From Ruminococcus sp. (GTDB taxonomy: Bacteria > Bacillota > Clostridia > Oscillospirales > Acutalibacteraceae), in NCBI GenBank assembly GCA_017411835.1, contig JAFQPG010000005.1, positions 52,774 through 116,773 on the forward strand: 64,000 bases of DNA, in the 5' to 3' direction. Shown one piece after another: positions 56,532-64,000 of this stretch (position 1 is its first letter; each line of letters opens with the position of its first letter). The notes under the pieces are model-generated. The model searched no databases. It was not told the origin of the DNA and saw only the letters and a program-made list of their open reading frames with translations. Position numbers and translations under genes: made by a program.

Positions 56532-58418
56532 TTGAGATTTAATTTTAGAAAAAATGTACTGATGATAATAGATGCTGTGCTTATAGCACTCTCAGCACTT
56601 GTATCAAATGCAATCATGGCATTTTTGAGTGTATTAATTCCGCATCATGGGATATCTGCTGTTAATAATATACGTTTATTATGGATAATCTTGCTAAATG
56701 TATTGTTTTGCTTCTTTACATTATTTGTTTGTGGAGCTTATAACAAAGTTTGGCGTGATTTTAACAAGAAGGACTATGTTTATTGCATAGTTGGAGTGTT
56801 ATCGGGTCTTGTGTTAAGCGGCTTTTTTGCTTCCCTTGCTGATAAACAAGGAAATCCGCTTTTTTATTGTGTTAATCTTGTGATTACATGTGCTACTATC
56901 ATTTTATTCAGATTTATTTTTAAGCATACTTTCATAGACCTTACAGAATATGGTCGTTCTGAAAATTACGAGCGTACACTTATTGTCGGTGCAGGACAAG
57001 CTGCTAAGATGATTCTGACTGACATTAACAATGCTCACGCGGACCCGAATAACCCATCTAGAAACATCTTACCTGTATGTATGGTTGATGATGATAATGC
57101 TAAAAGAGATACTAGGATTATGGGAGTTGAAGTTGTCGGCACAACCAAGGATATCCCGAAAATCTGCGATGAATACAAGATTAAACTCATTCTTTTTGCA
57201 ATTCCTTCCTGCACAGAAGAGGAACGCAAAAATATTATGGCTTTATGTTCACAGACAGACTGTAAAATCAAGATGGTGCCGTATTTGAGTCAGCTCCTTT
57301 TTGATGATGATAAGCCACAGCTTTTGAATCAGGTCAAGGATATTAAGATTGAAGATTTACTAGGTCGTGACCCGATTACTTTTGATAAAACTGAAATTCG
57401 AAAATTTATTGAAAATAAAGTCTGTATGGTTACAGGTGGCGGCGGTTCTATCGGTTCAGAGCTAGTCCGTCAGATTGCAAATTACTCTCCTAAGCAGGTT
57501 ATTATCGTAGATATTTACGAGAATAATGCCTACGATATCCAGCAGGAATTACGACTTGAATATGACGATTCGCTTGATTTGGTTACGCTTATTGCGTCTG
57601 TCAGAGATTACGATAAAATGGAGAGCATCTTCAAGGAGTACAAGCCACAGGTTGTATTCCACGCTGCTGCTCATAAGCACGTACCTTTAATGGAAACCTC
57701 ACCTGCCGAAGCAGTTAAAAACAACATTTTCGGTACATGGAATATGGTGACGTTAGCAGAGCTGTATAAAACCGAAAAGTTTGTTATGATATCAACCGAT
57801 AAGGCTGTAAACCCTACTAACGTTATGGGTGCTACAAAGCGTTGTTGTGAAATGATAGTTCAGTATAAGTCGCAAAGCGGTTCAGAAACCGAGTTTGTTA
57901 CTACTCGTTTTGGTAATGTGCTCGGCTCAAACGGTTCGGTTATTCCGCTTTTTAGACGACAAATTGAAGCAGGTAAGCCTGTCACAGTTACTCACCCTGA
58001 TATTATCCGCTACTTTATGACTATTCCGGAGGCAGTGTCGCTTGTGCTTCAGGCGGGTGCTATGGCAAATGGTGGCGAGATATTTGTTCTTGATATGGGT
58101 GACCCGGTTAAGATTACAACCTTGGCTGAAAACCTTATTCGTATGTACGGCAAAGTTCCATACAAAGATGTTGAGATAAGATTTACAGGCTTAAGACCTG
58201 GTGAAAAGCTTTTTGAAGAGTTGCTTATGGATGAGGAAGGTCTTAAATCAACCGGAAATAAAAAGATTTTTATCGGCAATCAGATTGATATTGATCCTCA
58301 AAAGCTTTTGTCAAAGCTTGAAATATTACAGGAATATGCGGCAAATAATGATAGCGAAAAGACAGTTGAGATGCTTTCAGATATAGTGCCAACTTTCCAC
58401 CACAAAAAGAATTTATAA
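56532..58418 (+). CDS. UDP-GlcNAc 4,6-dehydratase (PglF/CapD/WbpM-like)
   Basis: 4 N-terminal TM helices, IVGAGQAA, IEDLLGR, TGGGGSIGSEL, FHAAAHKHVP, STDKAVNPTNVMGATK, RFGNVLGS, GLRPGEKL. Confidence 0.95.
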   Translation: MRFNFRKNVLMIIDAVLIALSALVSNAIMAFLSVLIPHHGISAVNNIRLLWIILLNVLFCFFTLFVCGAYNKVWRDFNKKDYVYCIVGVLSGLVLSGFFASLADKQGNPLFYCVNLVITCATIILFRFIFKHTFIDLTEYGRSENYERTLIVGAGQAAKMILTDINNAHADPNNPSRNILPVCMVDDDNAKRDTRIMGVEVVGTTKDIPKICDEYKIKLILFAIPSCTEEERKNIMALCSQTDCKIKMVPYLSQLLFDDDKPQLLNQVKDIKIEDLLGRDPITFDKTEIRKFIENKVCMVTGGGGSIGSELVRQIANYSPKQVIIVDIYENNAYDIQQELRLEYDDSLDLVTLIASVRDYDKMESIFKEYKPQVVFHAAAHKHVPLMETSPAEAVKNNIFGTWNMVTLAELYKTEKFVMISTDKAVNPTNVMGATKRCCEMIVQYKSQSGSETEFVTTRFGNVLGSNGSVIPLFRRQIEAGKPVTVTHPDIIRYFMTIPEAVSLVLQAGAMANGGEIFVLDMGDPVKITTLAENLIRMYGKVPYKDVEIRFTGLRPGEKLFEELLMDEEGLKSTGNKKIFIGNQIDIDPQKLLSKLEILQEYAANNDSEKTVEMLSDIVPTFHHKKNL

Positions 58419-58434
58419 TTTTACGGAGAATGCT

Positions 58435-59451
58435 ATGAAAGTGTTACTTACCGGTGGTGCCGGATATATTGGCAGTCACACCTGCGTTGAGCTCTTAAAC
58501 AGCGGATACGAGGTTGTTATTGCAGACAATTTTGATAATGCAAGCGAAAAGGTTATCGGCAGAATCAAGCAGATTACCGGTAAGGATGTTGCGGTATATA
58601 AAATTGATGTTTCTAATAAGGCTGAATTAAATAACCTTTTTGATGAATGCAACATTGATGCGGTTATACATTTTGCCGGTTTTAAGGCAGTTGGCGAAAG
58701 TGTTGCAAAACCACTTATGTATTATAGAAACAACCTTGATACTACGCTGACATTGCTTGAAGTGATGAAAGAGCATAATGTTAATAAAATTGTGTTCAGT
58801 TCATCTGCTACTGTTTATGGCGTGCCAAAGGTTGTACCACTTAAAGAGGGAATGCCGACCTCCTGCACAAACCCATATGGTTGGACAAAGCTGTTTAATG
58901 AGCAGATTCTCACTGATGCAACGGTTGCTGATAGCGATTTGAGTGTTGTTCTGCTTCGCTATTTTAACCCTATTGGTGCACACGAAAGTGGACTTATCGG
59001 CGAAAGCCCTAATGGCATTCCAAACAACCTGATGCCATATATTACTCAGGTTGCTGTAGGTAAGCGTGAAAAACTTGGAGTTTTCGGTGACGATTACGAT
59101 ACCCATGACGGCACAGGTGTTCGCGATTATATCCATGTTGTTGATTTGGCAAACGGACATTTGAAAGCGCTTGAATACTTAAATGATGGCAGTAAGGGTA
59201 CAGAGATTTTCAACCTCGGCACAGGCACAGGCTACAGCGTGCTTGATATAGTCAAGGCTTTCTCAAGAGTTAATGATTTAGACATTCCATATCAGATTAT
59301 GGAAAGACGTGCAGGTGATGTAGCTATTGTTACAGCCGACCCAACAAAAGCTAATGAGAAGTTAGGCTGGAGTGCACAGCGCGGGTTAGATGAGATGTGC
59401 AGAGATTCTTGGAACTGGCAAAAAAACAACCCAAACGGGTATGATGAATAA
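58435..59451 (+). CDS. galE: UDP-glucose 4-epimerase
   Basis: TGGAGYIGSHT, HFAGFKAVGES, FSSSATVYG, PYGWTK, LRYFNPIGAH, RDYIHVVDLA. Confidence 0.97.
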   Translation: MKVLLTGGAGYIGSHTCVELLNSGYEVVIADNFDNASEKVIGRIKQITGKDVAVYKIDVSNKAELNNLFDECNIDAVIHFAGFKAVGESVAKPLMYYRNNLDTTLTLLEVMKEHNVNKIVFSSSATVYGVPKVVPLKEGMPTSCTNPYGWTKLFNEQILTDATVADSDLSVVLLRYFNPIGAHESGLIGESPNGIPNNLMPYITQVAVGKREKLGVFGDDYDTHDGTGVRDYIHVVDLANGHLKALEYLNDGSKGTEIFNLGTGTGYSVLDIVKAFSRVNDLDIPYQIMERRAGDVAIVTADPTKANEKLGWSAQRGLDEMCRDSWNWQKNNPNGYDE

Positions 59452-59465
59452 ACCTGAATAATAAT

Positions 59466-59500
59466 AAAAGCACTTATGCGATTTGCATAAGTGCTTTTTT
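59466..59500. terminator. Bidirectional terminator
   Basis: AAAAGCACTTATGC-gattt-GCATAAGTGCTTTT. Confidence 0.9.
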
Positions 59501-59513
59501 ATGTTTTGATATT

Positions 59514-61592
59514 TTACTGTGTGTACATTTTGAAGGTTTGGACGGAGAAGGTTTTTGTGCGTTTGTTTTGGTCGATTAAGAATTCGTCGTCGGAAATTTC
59601 AGGGAAGACGATTCGAAGTCTTAGAGTTTTGTCGTCGCCGATGAGGCGGGCAGGGACGGTGAAGTTTAATCCGTCGTTGCTGAATGACTGATTTATTTTC
59701 GCAGAAAAGACCTGTTTTCCGTTTGCGTAGATAACACAGTTTGAGGCTTTGTGGATATTGCTTACACCAAAGAATACATGGATGTCTTCAGCATCACTTG
59801 GTATGCTCGAGATAGGGATAACCATCTGCGATTGAGGTCCGGCGAGCGCGGTGCTCCAGCCGGTTGTTGAGCAGAAGCCCTGTATGCAGTACTCATTTGC
59901 GGTAGCGTCCATTGCAAATGTGCGTGATGTACCTAAGCGGTACTTGCTTGCTTTTTTAGACGAGTAAAAGCTGTCGAGCAATCGCATCTGCTCGGTATCT
60001 GCTGCATCACTTCGTGTGCTGTATTGCTCAATTCTTGTTTTGTTGTTTTCGCCTGTGTTAAGGTAAAAATAACGTGTGCGGGTTGCGTCGTCTTCGAAGT
60101 CAAAGTATGTCTTGCCAGAGCCGTAGTTTGTCACATCGTATGTTACTTTAGATGCAAGAGTCGGCGCTAAATCATACGTAGAAAGCGGAGCATCGCTTGT
60201 TTGATAACCTTTTGTACTACCCGCTTCTTTAATAAGAAGGAGTGGGTTTTGTGTAAGCTCTTTGTTGCCCATATTTGCAGTGATGATGATGGTAGAGTTT
60301 TTATAAACACCACTGTTTTTCATATCTTCTATCATCGAGAAAATACAGTTAAAGCAACCGTAAATCTGCTCATCAAGCGAAGTGGTCGTAGCACTCTTTA
60401 TAGTGTTTTTAGTCAGAGTGTACGGGGTGCGTGCACCGGATAGGTGGTATATTCTGACGCAGTCAGAGTAGCTGTCTGTATAAGAGAAGCCCTGCTTTGC
60501 GACATAGTCAGAGTAAAACTGCGCATCGTCTAAGGAGTAGGCGTTATCCGACTTGTATGATGAAATGGTATCTAAGTCCATCCAAAAATATGGCTTTAAA
60601 TAATGAGGAGCATAGCTGTAGGCAGCGTACTTGTATATAGTACCCGCCATAGACAAGCGTGCAACCTTAGTATCCATATAGTCATAGATGTTTTCGATAT
60701 CGTCTTTAGCCTCTGTTCCAAAATAGGCGGTCTGTGCAAAAATACGGGTATCTACATCATTTTTCTTAAGCAGGGAGTAGACAGTGCCGTTATCCCAGAT
60801 TGACTCCAGATAGCTTGAATAGGTAGTATCGTTCTTATATACCTCACCCGTAAGCAATGACGGTAAGGCTATAGAAGTGCCTGAACCACTGGCTAAGGTG
60901 TTATCATACTGAGTAAAACCGCCAAGACGTTCTTCATAGTCAGGAAAATCTCGTTTGATTTTTTTAAGATATTCATTATCAAAAGAGTCTAAAACAAAGA
61001 CAACGGTGTTGTCGTCTTCGCTTAATTCGTAGATTCCGTCGCGCGTAACCTCAAAGGTTACTTTGCTTAGGTTGTTACTGTTGTTTGAAATCTGTGATGT
61101 CAGTATAACAGCCTGCACAAGCACAAGACCGATTGAGGCAAAAATCAGGATTTTTCTCCATTGCGTACGGAATACCATCCAGAAAGCAAACGGCATCGCA
61201 AGGCACGCTGCCCAAACAGCCGAGTCAATCGCGCCGTAGGTGGTGTAGTCTTTCCACGCGATTTCACTACCATCGAGTACACCGGAGCCGTAATCAATAT
61301 TCAAAAAGTTACCTTGCAAAAACAGTCCAAGCGCGAGCGCAAACACAAGACAGCATAAACCCGTATGAACAATGCGCTTAGGCAATGCAAGTATTAAAGT
61401 GAAAATAATCAGAGTCACAGCGGATAGTATAAGAGATGCTGTAAGCGTTGATTCAAAATTAAACCACAGCACATCTTTGTTTTCCAGATAAAGCTTGAGC
61501 GGTGCATACAGCACAAATGTAAAAACCAAGAAAAGGCTACACGCAGCACCAAGCGCCAATCTGTGACCAAATTTATCGTATTTATTATCCAT
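59514..61592 (-). CDS. Membrane-anchored sulfatase/LTA-synthase-like (alkaline phosphatase superfamily) protein
   Basis: About 5 N-terminal TM helices; VVFVLDSFD, GTSIALPSLLTG, YHLSGARTPY, IIITANMG; C-terminal beta-rich domain. Confidence 0.78.
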   Translation of the reverse strand: MDNKYDKFGHRLALGAACSLFLVFTFVLYAPLKLYLENKDVLWFNFESTLTASLILSAVTLIIFTLILALPKRIVHTGLCCLVFALALGLFLQGNFLNIDYGSGVLDGSEIAWKDYTTYGAIDSAVWAACLAMPFAFWMVFRTQWRKILIFASIGLVLVQAVILTSQISNNSNNLSKVTFEVTRDGIYELSEDDNTVVFVLDSFDNEYLKKIKRDFPDYEERLGGFTQYDNTLASGSGTSIALPSLLTGEVYKNDTTYSSYLESIWDNGTVYSLLKKNDVDTRIFAQTAYFGTEAKDDIENIYDYMDTKVARLSMAGTIYKYAAYSYAPHYLKPYFWMDLDTISSYKSDNAYSLDDAQFYSDYVAKQGFSYTDSYSDCVRIYHLSGARTPYTLTKNTIKSATTTSLDEQIYGCFNCIFSMIEDMKNSGVYKNSTIIITANMGNKELTQNPLLLIKEAGSTKGYQTSDAPLSTYDLAPTLASKVTYDVTNYGSGKTYFDFEDDATRTRYFYLNTGENNKTRIEQYSTRSDAADTEQMRLLDSFYSSKKASKYRLGTSRTFAMDATANEYCIQGFCSTTGWSTALAGPQSQMVIPISSIPSDAEDIHVFFGVSNIHKASNCVIYANGKQVFSAKINQSFSNDGLNFTVPARLIGDDKTLRLRIVFPEISDDEFLIDQNKRTKTFSVQTFKMYTQ

Positions 61593-61820
61593 TTCTGTTT
61601 CCTTTATTATGTGATATAAAACAATAAAGCTTAAACTTACTATATAATACTAAAAAAGGTGAAAATAGTCAATAACAGTATTAATAAGTTCACAATATCT
61701 TGTGGGAGTAAGCTGAGCAAAACAATACAGAAAGGGTGTTTATTTGACTTTTATGTGTATATAGAGTAGAATTAAAATGTATAACTATTTGAATTATAAT
61801 ATATTTTGGAGGTGACATAT

Positions 61821-63515
61821 TTGGGATTTCAGGCTTTTCTTGATATAGCTGTTGTTGCACTAAGATTTTTACTGCCTGTATATGCGGTAGTTATTATTTA
61901 CCAGTGCTTTGCGTCTATGCGTCGTCATAGAAGACCGGAGAAACCTCTTGTCACTTTAGAGGAAAAGTCAACAGGTATGCAGATACCGGTGCTTTTCTGG
62001 GAAAATTCTATCGGCAGGAGCAAAGGTAGCGACATTTGTGTTGACGACCCGACGGTTTCACGTGACCACTGTGTTCTTTTAAGACGACAGGAAGGCTGGC
62101 TTGTATCCGATATCGGTTCAAAGGGCGGCACATATGTCAACAAAAAAAAGGCAAGAGACCGCACACAAGTGCTCATAGATGATGAAATCACAGTCGGCAG
62201 CACCACCTTTACACTAAAGCGTGGCGATGAATTTCAGGATAGGATAAGACCGTCTTGGTTTTTCTCGAAAGCATCTAACAAAGGTAGCTTACAGCCATAT
62301 AAGCTTATGCTGTTAATCACCTTCTTCCACCTGTTTATGACGGTTGAAGCGTGCTTTACAAATGAGGTTCAAAACTTCGAGCCGTTTACTGTATTTCTTT
62401 GTTTAGAAGCGCTGTTGTGGAGCTTTTTCTTCGTATCTACCGTGATACTGAAGCGCGTTAATTTTGAGCTTGAGGCGCTTGCGTCGTTTTTGACGGGTAT
62501 CGGTGTGATACTGCTTGTAAGACAGGAAATGCGTTCTGCGTATATCCAGCTTATTGCTGCCGGCATCGGTATGGTGCTCTTTTGTTCTCTTGTAAAATTC
62601 ATTGAAAACCCTGACCGCGTTAACTCGTGGCGTATGGCGATTATGATTGGTGCTATAGCACTGCTTGCTATAAATATTGTTTTTGGTACGGTACAATATG
62701 GTGCCGCTAACTGGATAAAAATCGGTCCTGTTACGGTACAACCGTCTGAATTTGTAAAAATCGCTTATATATTTGTTGGTGCTGCGGCACTTGATAAATT
62801 ACAGACTAAACGAAATTTCCTTGAATTTATCATATTTTCTGCGATTTGCGTTGGAGCGCTTGCACTTATGGGCGACTTTGGTACGGCGCTTATATTCTTT
62901 GCGACGTTTTTGCTTATTGCGTTTATGCGTTCAGGCGATTTCAAGACAGTTTTACTTGCGCTAGTATCCGTTGTATTTGCGGGCACTATCGTGCTAAAGT
63001 TCAAGCCTTATGTTGCAGATAGATTTGCAGCGTGGGGACACGTATGGGAGCACGCACAGGACACAGCATACCAGCAAGCACGTGTGCTTACCTATACCGC
63101 ATCAGGCGGACTAAGCGGTGTCGGCGTTGGTAATGGATATTTAAAATATGTTGGCGCTTCTGAAAGCGACCTTGTTTTCGGTTTACTTTCTGAGGAAATG
63201 GGCGTTATCGTTTCGTTTGCTATTGCTTTTTCACTTGTTGCGCTGGCATTTTACGCAAGAGCGATTACTACAAGAAGCAGAAGCACATTTTACTCGATTT
63301 CTGCTTGCTGTGCGGCAGGCTTGATGATTATTCAGTCTGCGCTAAATATTTTTGGTGCGACAGATATATTACCGCTTACAGGCGTTACATTGCCATTTAT
63401 AAGTGCTGGCGGTTCATCCATCATTTCTTGCTGGGGTTTGCTTGCGTTTATTAAGGCGGCTGACGAGCGTACCTACGCAGCTAAACGACTTAAACGTCAT
63501 AAAGAAAACGACTAA
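61821..63515 (+). CDS. FHA domain fused to an FtsW/RodA/SpoVE (SEDS) glycosyltransferase
   Basis: GGAGGTG RBS plus TTG 61821; FHA IGRS...TVSRDH...GSKGGTYVN; SEDS NWIKIG..TVQPSEFVK, DFGTAL, SDLVF, TGVTLPFISAGGSS. Confidence 0.92.
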   Translation: MGFQAFLDIAVVALRFLLPVYAVVIIYQCFASMRRHRRPEKPLVTLEEKSTGMQIPVLFWENSIGRSKGSDICVDDPTVSRDHCVLLRRQEGWLVSDIGSKGGTYVNKKKARDRTQVLIDDEITVGSTTFTLKRGDEFQDRIRPSWFFSKASNKGSLQPYKLMLLITFFHLFMTVEACFTNEVQNFEPFTVFLCLEALLWSFFFVSTVILKRVNFELEALASFLTGIGVILLVRQEMRSAYIQLIAAGIGMVLFCSLVKFIENPDRVNSWRMAIMIGAIALLAINIVFGTVQYGAANWIKIGPVTVQPSEFVKIAYIFVGAAALDKLQTKRNFLEFIIFSAICVGALALMGDFGTALIFFATFLLIAFMRSGDFKTVLLALVSVVFAGTIVLKFKPYVADRFAAWGHVWEHAQDTAYQQARVLTYTASGGLSGVGVGNGYLKYVGASESDLVFGLLSEEMGVIVSFAIAFSLVALAFYARAITTRSRSTFYSISACCAAGLMIIQSALNIFGATDILPLTGVTLPFISAGGSSIISCWGLLAFIKAADERTYAAKRLKRHKEND

Positions 63516-63564
63516 AAAATACTAAAATTCTACTTAAATTATTGCGGTAGAGAGGAACAAGTGC

Positions 63565-64000
63565 ATGAAGAGAATTATGTCAAGAAGCATATTTGTGCTT
63601 ATTGTAACGCTGGCATTTTTTGCCGGTATATGTCTGCTTGCGTTTCGACTGCTGACCCAAAATGAAGCTTGGGTACAACAACCGTATAACGGCCACGTTG
63701 CATCGAGCAACGGACTTGCACAGGCTGGTGACATCACCGACAGAAACGGTGTGGTGCTAGCACATACAAATGAAAAAGAAGAGCGTGTTTATCACGAGGA
63801 CGAGGATACACGAAAAGCACTTTTGCACCTTGTTGGTGATAACTCATTAAACATTTCGACAGCAGTGCAGAGTATGTACCGAGGTGAACTTACGGGCTAC
63901 TCATTTGTGTGGGGTTTAGGACTTCCAAAATCGCTTAGAACAAGTGATGCGGTAAATCTTACTATAAATGCTGACGCGTGTAAGGCGGCTTATCAGGCGT
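63565..64000 (+). CDS. Class B penicillin-binding protein (PbpA-like), truncated by the window end
   Basis: Translated by hand: MKRIMSRSIFVL (TM) ... AGDITDRNGVVLA ... RVY ... HLVGD ... VNLTINADACKAAY; follows the SEDS gene with an AGAGGA RBS. Confidence 0.85.
   Translation, partial: MKRIMSRSIFVLIVTLAFFAGICLLAFRLLTQNEAWVQQPYNGHVASSNGLAQAGDITDRNGVVLAHTNEKEERVYHEDEDTRKALLHLVGDNSLNISTAVQSMYRGELTGYSFVWGLGLPKSLRTSDAVNLTINADACKAAYQA

Noticed and set aside
63534-63737. 67-aa minus-strand ORF from the ORF track
   Set aside because: Antisense shadow of the PBP gene starting at 63565

Overview
Chromosomal segment of a low-GC, spore-forming Firmicute, most likely Oscillospiraceae/Ruminococcus-like (inferred from spoIIID, DHHW/MBOAT genes, FHA-RodA fusion and 5S sequence). 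About 1-37.7 kb is mostly housekeeping and envelope genes: trpS, PLP aminotransferase, MBOAT plus two DHHW/SGNH proteins, ldh, a CLC channel, mgtE, a WYL regulator, maf, rlmD-GNAT, an L,D-transpeptidase, a stand-alone 5S rRNA gene, an RR-HK-HtrA operon and spoIIID. About 37.9-59.5 kb is a visibly AT-rich, mosaic Wzx/Wzy polysaccharide locus with PglF/E/D/C-like bacillosamine-type genes, 5 glycosyltransferases, LicD, GNAT, an ATP-grasp/beta-propeller fusion, 2 acyltransferases and galE. The window ends with a sulfatase-like membrane protein and FHA-RodA plus a PBP. I saw no integrase, transposase, CRISPR array or tRNA. The most unusual observations are: (1) a non-M-box mgtE leader containing a 30-codon uORF and mutually exclusive SD-sequestering pairings, a candidate ribosome-coupled Mg2+ attenuator; (2) a ~210-bp modular nested-palindrome element downstream of mgtE; (3) five separate enzyme folds (DHHW, PPase-like, HD, GDPD, sulfatase/LTA synthase) with their catalytic residues replaced; and (4) several domain fusions. 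All family assignments come from recognising motifs by eye; no database searches were run.
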